From positions 310,001-374,000 of the forward strand of contig JASANG010002067.1 in NCBI GenBank assembly GCA_030248215.1: a stretch of DNA of 64,000 nucleotides. Reading direction: 5' to 3'. Origin of the DNA: Enoplolaimus lenunculus (Eukaryota). Shown here in pieces: positions 39,730 to 53,002 of this stretch. A program made the position numbers and the translations under genes. Numbering within the stretch: position 1 is the first letter of the stretch; every line of letters starts with the position of its first letter. The notes beneath the pieces are model-generated. The model searched no databases. It saw only the letters and a list, made by a program, of their open reading frames with translations, and was not told the origin of the DNA.

Positions 39730-42708
39730 TAGTCACTCTGTAGATTCTCCCCTGGGACAACCATCTACGTGGGATCCCATGGGGGTTATAACTCGTGTTT
39801 GAAACAAAGGTTTTAACTTTTTCTTTTAGCTTATTATAGTACAATTTTTTATTTTAGGTATCTTATAAAGAAAAAGATAGAAAAAAATATATTTGGTCAT
39901 ATTTATTATATCTTGTTTTATATTTTGTCTATATTTTAAGTAAATTTATATACGGTGCGGGGAGTTTGGTGGATAAATACTATTAGAGCTGCATAGCATG
40001 TTTAAGTGTTAAGATTAAACCTGCTACTGTTTTAGTTGAGCATAAGCCTAGCTTAAGCCTAAACCTTAGCATAGGTTTGGAAAAACTATTTTAGTTGAGC
40101 ATAAGCCCTAGCCTAAGCCTAAACCTTAGCATAAGTTCTAGATGCTATAGTTTAAGCATAATCCTAACTAAGCCTTAAAGCTTTAGGGTCCTACCTAAGC
40201 TTGAGCCTTAAAGCATTAGGGTCCTACCTAAGCATAAGCCCTAAAGCATTAGGGTCCTATCTAAGCTTTAAAGCATTAGAGTATTACCCAAACCTTAAAG
40301 CATTAGGGTCTACCTAAGCCTAAGCGTTAAAGCATTAGGGAACTGCCTAAGCCTTAAAGCATTAGTGTCTGCTTTAGCCTTATAACATTAGGTTCCTGCC
40401 GAAGCTTTAAAGCATTACTGTCCTACCCTTGCCTAAGCCTAAGCCCAAGCCTTATTATAATCCTGCCTTGTCTAAGCCTAAGCCCAAGCTTTAGTATAAT
40501 CCTGCCTTGTCTAAGCCTAAGTCTTATAGCATTGAACTCCTACCTTTCCGTTAAGCCCTAGTCTCCCTTAATTTATCATAAACCCAAGCCTAAGTATAAG
40601 CCCTTAAAGCAGCCCCGCCCCCCGCATACATTGCCTGACCGCGAAAATATTCTTACACACATTTACTTTTGCGGCGTTGCTTACTGTTATACGTTGTTTA
40701 TTTTTCCTTATGAGAAAACTTTAGAGCGAAGCAAGTTATATAAGTTATAAGTAGGAACCTTGCCTAAGTTTTAAACCTTATACCGTTATGGTTTTACCCC
40801 TGCCTAAGCCTAAGCCTTAATGCATTAGGGACCTACCTAAGCCTAAGCCTAAGCCTTAAAGCATTAGGGCTCTGCCTAAGCCTTAAAGCATTAGGGTCTG
40901 CTTAAACCTTATAACATTAGGTTCCAGCCGAAGCTTTAAAGGATTACTGTCCTACCCTTGCCTAAGCCTAAGCCCAAACCGTAGTATAATCCTGCCTTGT
41001 CTAAGCCTAAGCCCAAGCCTTAGTATAATCCTGCCTTGTCTAAGCCTAAGTCTTATAGCATTGAGCTCCTACCTCTCCGTTAAGCCCTAGTCTCCCTTAA
41101 TTTATCATAAGCCCAAGCCTACGTATAAGCCCTTAAAGCAGCCCCCGTATACATTGCCTGTTCGCGCAATATTCTTACACACATTTACTTTTGCGGCGTT
41201 CCTTATTGTTATACATTGTTTATTTTTCCTTATCAGAAAACTTTAGAGCGAAGCAAGTTATATAAGTTATAAGTAGGAACCTTGCCTAAGTTTTAAACCT
41301 TATACCGTTAGGGTTTTACCCCTGCCTAAGCGTAAGCCTTAATGCATTAGGGTCCTACCTAAGCCTAAGCCCTAAAGCATTAGGCACATATGACATCAGA
41401 AACATTAAAAATGTGTCCGCTTGTAAAAACCAGTTTAATGATATTCAACATTACAATCGTGAAAATTTGGCATATTTTCTCCGGATACCGTAACCGGATA
41501 CGGATACGATTACTCGCCGGATATTAAACCGAAACCGTATATCTATTCGATCCCTGGTGTAAGTTTGTGAAAAATTCTAGCTAATGCTTTAGGGCTTAGG
41601 CTTAGGTAGGTCCCTAATGCATTAAGGCTTAGGCTTAGACAGGGGTAAAACCATAACGGTATAAGGTTTAAAACTTAGGCAAGGTTCCTACCTATAACTT
41701 ATATAACTTGCTTCGCTCAAACGTTTTCTGATAAGGAAAAATAAACAACGTATAACAATAAGCAACGCCGCAAAAGTAAATGTGTGTAAGAATATTTTCG
41801 CGGTCAGGCAATGTATGCGGGGGGCGGGGCTGCTTTAAGGGCTTATACTTAGGCTTGGGTTTATGATAAATTAAGGGAGACTAGGGCTTAACGGAAAGGT
41901 AGGAGTTCAATGCTATAAGACTTAGGCTTAGACAAGGCAGGATTATACTAAAGCTTGGGCTTAGGTTTAGACAAGGCAGGATTATACTAAGGCTTGGGCT
42001 TAGGCTTAGGCAAGGGTAGGACAGTAATGCTTTAAAGCTTCGGCAGGAACCTAATGTTATAAGGCTAAAGCAGACACTAATGCTTTAAGGCTTAGGCAGT
42101 TCCCTAATGCTTTAACGCTTAGGCTTAGGTAGACCCTAATGCTTTAAGGTTTGGGTAATACTCTAATGCTTTAAAGCTTAGATAGGACCCTAATGCTTTA
42201 GGGCTTATGCTTAGGTAGGACCCTAATGCTTTAAGGCTCAAGCTTAGGTAGGACCCTAAAGCTTTAAGGCTTAGTTAGGATTATGCTTAAACTATAGCAT
42301 CTAGAACTTATGCTAAGGTTTAGGCTTAGGCTAGGGCTTATGCTCAACTAAAATAGTTTTTCCAAACCTATGCTAAGGTTTAGGCTTAAGCTAGGCTTAT
42401 GCTCAACTAAAACAGTAGCAGGTTTAATCTTAACAAACATGCTATGCAGCTCTAATAGTATTTATCCACCAAACTCCCCGCACCGTATATAAATTTACTT
42501 AAAATATAGACAAAATATAAAACAAGATATAATAAATATGACCAAATATATTTTTTTCTATCTTTTTCTTTATAAGATACCTAAAATAAAAAATTGTACT
42601 ATAATAAGCTAAAAGAAAAAGTTAAAACCTTTGTTTCAAACACGAGTTATAACCCCCATGGGATCCCACGTAGATGGTTGTCCCAGGAGAGAATCTACAG
42701 AGTGACTA
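39730..42708. mobile_element. ~3-kb foldback/palindromic element with long TIRs rich in degenerate TTAGGC repeats
   Basis: Left arm 39730-41383 (with a ~520-bp internal tandem duplication) and right arm 41581-42708 are near-perfect reverse complements; termini TAGTCACTCTG / CAGAGTGACTA; 5-bp TSD AATAC; ~200-bp spacer. Confidence 0.9.
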
Positions 42709-43719
42709 AATACGTTACGTTTTGTTATTCGTTTGTTGCGTTGCATATCACCGCGTCGTTCATATATTTCTGTTGTTCAGTTTGGTCGTGATGCTACTCT
42801 CGAGTTTGATTCGGATACATTGATGAGTCGACAAGAAGTGATTGGTAAATGTTTCAATAGTAATTTGTGGCTTTGACCATTTTAATTAGAACGGACTATC
42901 CCCAGGGAGACAGAAAGATTGGCCGAGCCTCCTCTTTCCTGACGAGTTATTTTACGTTTTCGAGGTCAGCGTTTCGAGCTTTCTTTATTGAGAACCTAAA
43001 TTTTTTGGACCGAGGTAGTGAACCAGGTCCAATCGTCCGCCATGCAGTCACCAGTTGAAGGAAATCTGTGTCTATGGAAATCGGCGAGAAGCAAGAGGCG
43101 TGTTTTGTTTGGTATCACCAAACCTAAATATTTTTTCCTTGGGATCCTTTGAAGTTATACAAAATTGATTTTGTTCTGCAGTACCGGGCCGGCTTATGCC
43201 GAGTGCGCTCCAACCCAGAGTTTTAGTTTGCAAATCATGGAACTGATAGCGATGCATATTTATTCATTTAAATTAATACTGTGTTTGTTAACACTTGGTG
43301 GATTATGCGTATAACAGTATTTGCTTACTGATTAGATGAAATCGATTCTATTGCTTATCTGAACGATATGGCTGCACCAAGAACTGGTCATGCGATGGCT
43401 TACGTTAGCAAAGAAGTTATTCAGCGAAATTTAAATGAAGGTACATTAACATAAAAAACTCATGTTTGTTACTTCCCGCAGATCGACGAGGGCCAATGAA
43501 GATTCGGCTCGGCTAGCAAAATTTCGGCTTCCTGGAAATAGTTTTTAAGCCTGTAAATATATACTGCGAAATCTTCGCAAGCCCTGCATGCAAGTTTCAC
43601 CGTAACTTGTGACGATCGTCGCAAGCCTGGTTTGTTATATTATATATCGATTAACAAATGATCAAACTGTTAATGATATGTTTTTCTTGGCTTTTTGTAT
43701 TTTATTTTCGCTTTTATAA

Positions 43720-43977
43720 AGCCCTATTCACACGTGCAAGTTTTTGCTGCGAGAGCTCGCAGCTGCAAATTATTTTTTCATCAGCCAATCAGAAGCGGCT
43801 GCAGTAAACTCAGTAACTTGCATGATTATTCACACTTGTGAACTAAAGTCCTAACTATTATTTTTAATGAATTATTTGCAGCTGCAAGTTTTTTGAATGG
43901 GATTTTGCACAAAACTTGCAAGTGAAAGTTGCAGCTGCAAGTTCTCGCAGCAACAACCTGAACGTGTGAATAGGGCT
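43720..43977. mobile_element. PIF/Harbinger-type MITE
   Basis: TIR AGCCCTATTCACACGT / ACGTGTGAATAGGGCT; TSD TAA. Confidence 0.85.
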
Positions 43978-45386
43978 TAAAAAACTTTATATCGGTAAGT
44001 AGTTCCAAATGATTAACCGATTTTAATTTTTTTTCAGCTTTATTTCAGATTCAAGTGCTGCTAACATTGTTATATTAATCACGGATAGTCTGTCTGTTGA
44101 TGACGTCACATTTCCGCGACAGTTATTAAGGATGCAAGTAAGATTTCAAACTGCACGACGGCTGAATAAAAGATTGGCGTAACCGGATTGCAGTTTTTGT
44201 AAAGGTGTTTTTATATTTTAAAATTTGCAATACAAATTCCCCTCCAAATTTTTATGGGACGTAGCTCCGCTCGTCATAGAACGCCTGTGGTAGAGTTAAT
44301 ATCTTTTTTTGGCTCAAGACCGTTGTACACGAATTTAAAATAACAAACAACAAAAAAGGGAAAATGTAAAATTAGACTGTCACTACATTGATATTTTAGA
44401 TTAATAAAAATAATAAACGACGTAAGGTATCGCTTTTGTTTAGTAACTTTGATTGTTTTAAAATCGTTTAGGGTGTCAACTTAGTGATTGTAATTGGAGT
44501 AACAGCGTTCGTTAGCTTTGATCAGTTACTGGAAATTGGTGGAAAAGCTGAAAATGTGTTCGAAATAAAAGATTATACCGTCCTCAACGAACCATTTGCT
44601 CGTATTATCGAGTTAATGTTGCTCGATATTTCACTTCCAACGATTATGGTACGCACTGGGCGTAGTACATTTTGGAACGATTTTTGGTTTAGGTTCCATT
44701 TTTAAAACAGGTTTATTAGGACTAAAAGTCATTCGTTTGATATTGAGAAAGCAAAACCAATTTTAAAAATTGTATTTGATTACAACAACATGCGTCTTGT
44801 TTCTTGCTCGCGAAATTTCCTTTAGTGTCAAAATATACAGGCACAAAACAAGATTTTGGAGCTGAACTGCCTTTACAAGATCTATAAATTTTTTAGATGC
44901 ATTTCTAGAACAATTCTGAGGCGTTGTATACGGCAAGGTTAGTATATGCATAGCCGTTTATGATATTCAAACTAAACGACCAATAATTGCACTGGAAGTT
45001 CACTTTTTCTTTGCATTGATTATTGAAAGCAGGGAGCAAAATTAGCGTTGCCTTACATTGCATTTTTTGTTTTAAATCTTAATTTTAGGAAACGACAAAT
45101 TATCAAAATGAGACAGTCTCCGAAAATGGTGAAGATAATGGTAACGGTACAGACATCGAAACTACGACAATAAACACGGGCAATATTGTTCCGATTAGTA
45201 GTATTGTTCCAGGTTTGTTAAGTGCTTTTAAAGGCAGAAAAATATCAAGATTTACAATATTTCCATTGTTTATTTTGTCTCTTACATCGAATAGGCAAAT
45301 TCGATTTGATTAAGCATTTGAACTTGCTTGAAGTTTTTGTATGCGTCATAATTTAAGGCTAACCGCGATAAGTACGGACTGTTGTA

Positions 45387-45771
45387 CTGTAGTGACCCGA
45401 ATAAGAGGAAGACTTTAACGAACTGTTATTTATTTTGAACCCGCCCTTCGTTACTATATATATTTAGTATTGCAACTATCCGTCCAATAAACCGTTTATT
45501 TGTAGTGTATCAAAACCTTGAACTATAATGCAAGGTTATATTTAAGAATGTGCTTTCATAACTAAGTATGCTTTAATTTTTTGAACTCGATTGTATTTGG
45601 TTCTCTAGTTATTTATGCAGTCCAATTTGTGATAATTGACATTTATAGACCCTAATTACGTTTTATGAACCTTTTCCGCTTGCGGACTCTTATTAGGTGA
45701 TACAGACTCTAATTGATTGGAACTCAAAATGGGGTCCTCTTATTACACCCCTATTATTCGGGTCACTACAG
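45387..45771 (-). mobile_element. MITE family A copy (reverse orientation)
   Basis: TA|CTGTAGTGACCCGAATAA ... TTATTCGGGTCACTACAG|TA. Confidence 0.85.
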
Positions 45772-47772
45772 TAGGTGTTTAGCTGCAGGCAGCCATGTTT
45801 TTAATTGCAATGTTAATCTAGTCTCCAATTATTGTTCGACAGATGATAAATATATAGTTTTGGCATGATTTAAACAAACTCTTAACTCATAAACTTTAGA
45901 CATCAGAAAACGTTGGACGCGAAGGGTCATAATTTTTATCTTCACAGCTATTAACCGCAGACCGGGTAGAAAAATCTTACTTGTATTTTAATATTCAACT
46001 CCGGTATGAGCCGAAACATTTTTTAGACTCTTCTATTAATATTTAGCGAATAATTTGTTTGCGTAATATTTATATGAACGAATAAACATTTTAAACTTAA
46101 TAATTTCTGTTCGGCATTGTTTTTACTCGAAACGCAAAGCGAAATATAAGGTGCTCGTAATACTTGTTTAGTTTTTGACTATACATATGATTAAATTAAC
46201 AATAATGCAATTAAATATTAACATCACGCTTGCGCCATTATGCCGGGATTCACAATACTTTGCGTTTGACTTTTGGTGGAAATCAACTCTGCTCTTTTGC
46301 CTTAAAATTGCCATTCCACAAAACAAAATGTTATAAGACCGAAGCGCAATACTGGTTATTTGTGCGTTTCATATTTCTTACAATAATTTTACTTTAAATA
46401 TTATTTTGGCCCATCAGGGGCGGACCGTGTTTCCGCGGAATTGCAATAGAGCAAGTTTTAAACTAGACTATTTTTTGCTTAGGCTTAGGCTTAGAAATTT
46501 GCTTATACTACTGTTACGGCCCTGATCTATACATTCGCTCTTACTTTTGGTTCAGAAAAGAATAGTGATAGCACGCTTACTCGGCTATGCAAGCAACCAG
46601 ATGCGGCCGACGACATTGCGTTAATATTTGTTTTGGATTCATCCGCAAGTGTAACCCCGGAAGGATTTGGTCACGAGCGCCAGTTGGTTATTGATATAGC
46701 GACCCAAATGTCTTATCAAACGTCAATTGCTGTGGTTACGTTCTCAGCGAGCGAACGCATTGATCGAATGCTGGTGCCACGTGGATCTATAGACAGTTTT
46801 GCAGGTCAGTTGAAAATGGTTTAGATTTTTTGGAATTGTTTTTCGTCCGTTTTACATTCTTCAATGTGTTTAGAGTAATTCTCAACAGCAAGTAAACGAC
46901 AAGTCTTCAAATTTTCGCCCGTTTTATACACTTGAATCAGCACCCTTCTGTGTTATTTTACATAAACATATCCGACAGTTAGCTTGTCCTAAAACCTATT
47001 GCTAACTGGTGATAGACACTTCACACACTAGCGACAATACGGCTTCAGTTGAAAGATGAGAAACTCTAAGTTGCTACGAAAGAACCAAACAGTTTCGGCG
47101 AGCTTATTGCAAATAAATCTTAACCTGATTTTTTAAGTAATAGGTACACTGTTGACCTAGCTCTTCATAGATGTGGCACCGAACGCTGCCTGTGTGTAAA
47201 GCCTAAAGTGAGAATTTAATCCTAAGCCAAAATACAAGGGTAAATCTTGGAAATTTGGGTGTGGGAAGACAGCTTTATGTGTTCGTAAATTTTGTAGTTT
47301 TAAAAGCTCGTTTTTAGCAAATTTTCGATAATTTACAATTAGCCAGTTACACTTATGTAGCAAAAATTTGAACGCGTATTGTATTACCACGCCATATTGT
47401 GGGCATTTGGCTAGGAAACACATTGGAAGGTTCAGATGAACTGTTTATTGCGAAAGCTTTAGCATCGCCGACCTGCTCGCGGATACAGTCTTCCTATTTC
47501 CAGAATTTGGTTTACATCTTTTTCTGTTTTAGACCAGATTAAAAGCATCGATTATATTAACGATATTGGAGCAACATACATGGGAAAAGTGCTAATTGCT
47601 ATCAAACAACGGATTGTAGACCAAGTTGATACGGGTTCTGTTTAGCTTTATATTATCGACTACTTAGCCCAGCTAAAATATAAAATTAATTTTTTAATCA
47701 ATGTCAACTTGAAAAGTTCCAGCTTTATTCTCAAGCGATGCGGTAGATTTCACGTAGGTCGTTAGAAACTAG

Positions 47773-47950
47773 GGCTCATGTAAAGATCAGGGGTGGAACT
47801 TATTACCGCGGGACTGCAATATAATAAGGTTAAGCTTACACTAATTTTTTGCTTAAGCTTACAGGCTCAGGTATAACTCATTTTTAAGCTTAGGCTTAGG
47901 CTTAGAAATACGCTTATTCTACTGTTACCGCCCTGTTCTATACATTGGCC
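47773..47950 (+). mobile_element. Merlin-like TTAGGC-bearing MITE
   Basis: GGCTCATGTA...TACATTGGCC termini; perfect 8-bp TSD GAAACTAG; internal TTAGGC repeats. Confidence 0.85.
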
Positions 47951-48677
47951 GAAACTAGCAACTGCTTTTAAGTATTAACGATCATTAAAAAAGTTCTAAC
48001 AGATCATTTCAAGACAAAGGGTGAAACACGTCGGGCTTCTGTCGTGTGGGTCTTCTATAAATAGCACATGTTTCAGGTAATGATACTTCAATCACAATTT
48101 ATATTATCGTTGTTACTGACAGCTATAGCGTGGATGACCCATCAACTGCCGCAAAGAGAATTCGGGAAGAGGTAAGTGGTTATTTACGCTACGCTTTTAG
48201 CTGTTCAAAACTGTAAGTCTATTGCGAAGTTTTAAACTTTTTGATTCTGAGTTTTACCTCTACATAATTATACTCAAGCTGCATGTATTATTCTTATACA
48301 TGACTCATTCACAATAATTTTGTCAGCGGTCCCGCAAAATATCTTATAGACCAAGGCTATCGCGAGTTCATTTTGTCAACTGTTGTAGAACTGGTGACAA
48401 CCCTTTTCTGTAAGAGATTTAGAGTTGAAGCTAACTTAAAAATCCGATATATTTTATAGTTGCAGATATTTGGTTTACGAAGTTGATGAAATTTTTGCAT
48501 TGTTTTCACTGAGTAATTATTGCATTGTTATTGCTAACGTTGGCTAGCGTTAATGAAATCCCTAGATTACCACCACATATTCAACGATGCCAGGGTGTTA
48601 AACTGTTACCTATGTTACGATACAATCAGGATCAGATTCAGCTATAGGCCCGAGCATGGACCTTGGCAAAAATTAAA

Positions 48678-49780
48678 ACCAGTCGTAGTGGGACTACATT
48701 TATTGAGCGAAGCTCGAACACACGTAAGCAATTAAGGTAATATGCAAATTAGTTATTAGCTAACTATTCATTTATCGGTTTTGGAGGTTTGTAAGTAATT
48801 TCCTCAGATTCCTCGCACCCAAAAACCCATCAGCCACCCTATAAATTTTGGAATAATTTAAAAAGTTCTAATTTTGTCATGTCAATTAAGCTAATATGTA
48901 AATTAACTATTAGCTAACTATTCAATTATCGGTTTTGGAAGTTTGTAAACAATTTATTCAGATTCCTCGCATCCAAAAACCTTTAGTGAACCCTAAAAAT
49001 TATTGAAATAATTTAAAAAGTCCTAGTTTTGTCTTGTAAATTAAGCTAATATGCAAATTAGTTATTAGCTAACTATTTAATTATCGGTTTTGGTGGTTTG
49101 TAAACAATTTATTCAGATTCCTCGCATCCAAAAACCTTCAGTGAACCCTAAAAATTATTGAAATAATTTAAAAAGTCCTAGTTTTGTCTTGTCAATTAAG
49201 CTAATATGCAAATTAGTTATTAGCTAACTATTCAATTATCGGTTTTGGATGTTTGTAAACTATTTATTCAAATTCCATACACCTAAAAACCCTTTAGTGC
49301 TGAAATTATATTGCTTTTAACCTTAATAATTAGTAAAATATTGTAAAAAGTCCTAATTTAGGCTTATAACCTATGCTAATATGCAAATTATCTATTAGCT
49401 AACTGCTCAATACTCGGTTTTGGAGGTTTGTGAACAGTCTACGCAGATTCCTCGCACCCAAAAACCCTTTAATGCTAAAATTAGATTGCTTCTAACTGTA
49501 ATAATTAGTGAAATATTGTTGAAAGTACTAATTTAGGCTTAATTAATTATGCAAATTAGCCTGTAGCTAATAAACGGCTCAAAATTTTTAAACCCCAATG
49601 CGAGGTTAATACTCCAAGATAATTGGCTTTCAAACAAAAAAAGTTTATCAAAATCGGTTCAGCCGTTCCTGAGATTCTTGTCGGACGGACAGACGGACAG
49701 ACGGACGGACGGACATCCACCTTTCGACCCCCAAGTACAAAACATAAAACGCTTCGGGAAACTTCGATCTTCGCTCAATA
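48678..49780 (-). mobile_element. HINE / DINE-1-like Helentron derivative
   Basis: Same family as 18331-19454: subTIRs ATTGAGCGAAG/CTTCGCTCAAT, (GTCC/GTCT)n tract at ~49683-49714, ~160-bp repeats, 3' hairpin. Confidence 0.85.
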
Positions 49781-50748
49781 ATGCACCAACGAAAAGGCAT
49801 TATTTTATTTTTCGTTTTTCTATCTGTTTTCGTAAATATATATTTCACGAATTTAATTTTTTTGAAAACATTGATCGTCTTTTCTTAGTATTGCCGATCA
49901 CTGCAATTCTTGACATGCATTTTTAATTACTAATGTTGATAGAAGATAACATTTTGGCAATTTTACGCAAATGCTAAACATTACGCTCAAGCAATTTGTT
50001 TTTAATAGTGAATAGCACTAAATGTTTCAGGGACACGTGCTTATGGCAATTGGCGTAACACAATACTTCGTAAAAGACCAACTGTTGGCAATAGTTGGCA
50101 AATCCAACGAATATAACCTCATGATAGATGTGCCATCGTTCAACGCTCTCGCAAACATTACCAAAAACATTATGAAACCGATTTGTGTGCCAGGTGAATT
50201 TTTCGATCCATTCTAATTTTGTGAGAGAACGTAAAAGCCGCGCGCTACAACTATTACTTGAAAGTCAACAACACACATATATATTGCATATTTTACATAT
50301 CATTGCATTGCACGTTTGAGAAACACAAAATTCCTGAATATCCAGATCCGAGCGATACTATGTGGTGCAACGGTTATTATAAGCTACTTCAATGAATTAA
50401 TTGACTTGTTTGAACTAATGCAGTAACACACCGACGTTGTTTAGAAGTAGACTTTATTCGTAAAGTGTTTTGATGTGTTCAATACAAATAGCAAAATGGA
50501 ATCTGTGAATATAGCTGTAACTGCATCATTTAAAAAACACACCAGGGGAGTCGCTATGCCTACCGGTATTGTACGACATTGTATAGAACTTGCCAGCCGC
50601 CATCGTTATTGTGGCGCTATATATACTGGTGTGGGGGCGTACCTTGCGGTCCGTTACCGTTCGCCACCGTGCGGTATCGAACGCTCATAAAATGTACAGT
50701 GACGTACAACAGACACCGTTGAATGCCATCACAATTTTTTATAGTATA

Positions 50749-51176
50749 TACAAAAAATAAATTGTCTTGGAATTTCAACACTCCAACTTTTTTATAGTGT
50801 CAAGACATAAATATCTGGTATTTCAGACGTTAATAACCTTTAACACGTCAGAAATTCGTTTCTGAAATGGCTAAAACATAAATGTGCTATATACAAGAAA
50901 TTACCGTTTCCAATTTATAAGAAATAATTTTTTTGCTTTCAAGAAATAGATGTCTTATATTCATGTGTTAATTTTCTGATTTTTATGTACCTATGTAAAA
51001 AAGTTAAAGTCTTAGATTTAAGAGTTTTAAGCCAAAAAATTTCAGACCCATATTTCTGAAACATTTAAGAAATAAAAGTCTGGAATTCAAGACATAAATG
51101 TCTGGAGTCAGTATTAAGACAACTGTGTTATATTTTAGACAATATGTCTTGAATATAAGACAACTTATTTTGCGTG
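50749..51176. mobile_element. CAC-ended MITE with TA TSD abutting a VWA exon acceptor
   Basis: TIR TACAAAAAATAAATTGTCTT / AAGACAACTTATTTTGCGTG; TA on both sides. Confidence 0.7.
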
Positions 51177-52736
51177 TAGAGCCACCCTTGCTGTGTGTTA
51201 AAGTTTCAGAGTCAAATTTTACCATTGACATTGTTGCAATTGTCGAAGGATGTACTGCCATGGGAAATGACAATTTTTACGGCGTTATAAATTTTCTTCG
51301 AACACTAAATGCGTTGCTTGGACCAAGCGTGCGATTTGCGTTTGTCCAATACTGCACTCAGCTATGGTTGACGTTGCCTTTGTTGTATGGTAAAGACAAA
51401 ATTGACGGTAAGATTCTACGCGTTTTTTTCCAACAAAATTTGGAAAGATGCTACTAAAAAAGGCAGGCTGGGCTGCTGTCCATCCTTGCCGACAAAGTCG
51501 CCTTCCACCTGTAAAAGCTTTAGCCAGCGTTATATACGTTTAAATAATTTATTTAGGTACTTAACTCAATATTAACAATTCCAGGTTACGGAGCTAAGGT
51601 TCAGTTCTGGATTAGAAACAACGACTTCTTTACTCGCCTGATACAAATCATTCGTTATCAGCGGGAAACGCAGCTGACAAAGAATTTCATACTTCTGTGT
51701 AGTGGCGAGTAAAGATCTGTACCACACGAGAAACAATAACAAGTCTTAAAAGTTTAGGTTGAAATAAAATATTTCTAAAGTCTAGAAGCCACAGATAAAC
51801 TGTTACTGTATGCTTTCGCTGCAGAATAATTGTGCCTTTTGAAAATATTTTGCATGTTAGCGCTTTGAAATGCTGTTATAAGTTTTTAACCGCAGAATAA
51901 TTAAGTACATAAATATGCTATTAGTAGTGCTAATCTATTGCTTCAAATTATTACTCAATTTAAGAATTGTCATATAATGTTTTACAACAGCAAATCAGTG
52001 TTAACTGTTAACCAACACATGTTAGCAACTGAAATGCAAGGCGCAGTAACTAGCGGGTAACGAGTACTAAGGCTGAAAATACGTAGGAAGCGAGGAGGGT
52101 CGCCGTTTCCTACTCTACACTTTCGCCCCTCAAAGGCCGAAGTTTTTTTCTACAGTTTTAAAACGAATTCAATGACGCGAAAAGTTTTCTTGCCGTCTCT
52201 AAAACGTTTTAACGCTCTTGCAAATGATGATATGCGCAGACAAATACCGGTTCTGACAGAAAAATTCGTGCGCGGATCAAACTCCGTGTCTAAAACACGG
52301 ATATTTTTCGTGTTTTGTAGGCGCACTTGCGAGTGTTCATTACGTTCATGAAAATTTGAAGGCATACATTGGAGCGGCGGTTTTATTTGCCAAAGAACAA
52401 GTATGAGCAAGATTTAATTGCATTATTTAAATTATGATACTTAGTATAATTCAGAAATTGCAGTCGTGGAAAGTTGTGTTTTGAACATTTTAAGTTTTCA
52501 ACTTGTGCCTGTTGCTTGTTTATACGAATATTACAAAAAGTGCGAATATATTTGGCGAACCACGACCTTATATAAATGTTTGGCAAAACCCAGTTTCGAG
52601 TATTTAAGATAAAGTTTTACGAACGAAGTATCGGCATTTATCGCGGCTAGTTTTAGTGCTGGCAGCGGTGGATACAAGAACTTTGCTTAATTTTGTTCAT
52701 GATTTTAATTATTATCGCTTGATTTATAATGGTACA

Positions 52737-53002
52737 GGTCAATCTTACTCTTAGGAGCGTAACAGTAGATTAAGCGTATTCTAATGCCGAAACCTAAGCC
52801 TAAGCGTTGCAAAAATGTGTTCCTAAGCCTAGTAACAGTGATTAAGCGTATTCCAATGCCGAAACCAAAGCCTAAGCGTTGCAAAAATGTGTTCCTAAGC
52901 CTAAGTCTAAGCCTAAGCAAGAAATGTAATGTAGAATGTATATAAACCTACACTTTTATAGACTCACTAGAAAACTGGACGCCCCTTAAAATAACATGGG
53001 CC
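52737..53002 (-). mobile_element. Merlin-like TTAGGC-bearing MITE with internal duplication
   Basis: Reverse copy of the 7302/17434 family; GCCTAA arrays; TSD-like ATGGTACA/AAGATACA. Confidence 0.7.

Noticed and set aside
40020..42410. True telomere or chromosome fusion site
   Set aside because: The repeats are degenerate, point outward rather than head-to-head, and are enclosed by unique TIR ends and a TSD within a gene.
42867..43257. Possible snRNA/SL RNA (Sm-like AATTTTTTGG near 42999)
   Set aside because: No recognisable spliced-leader or snRNA sequence around the motif.
52535..52612. Possible missing VWA exon (CEYIWRTTTLYKCLAK)
   Set aside because: No convincing flanking splice sites; the phase link between the 51585 and 53056 exons could not be resolved.
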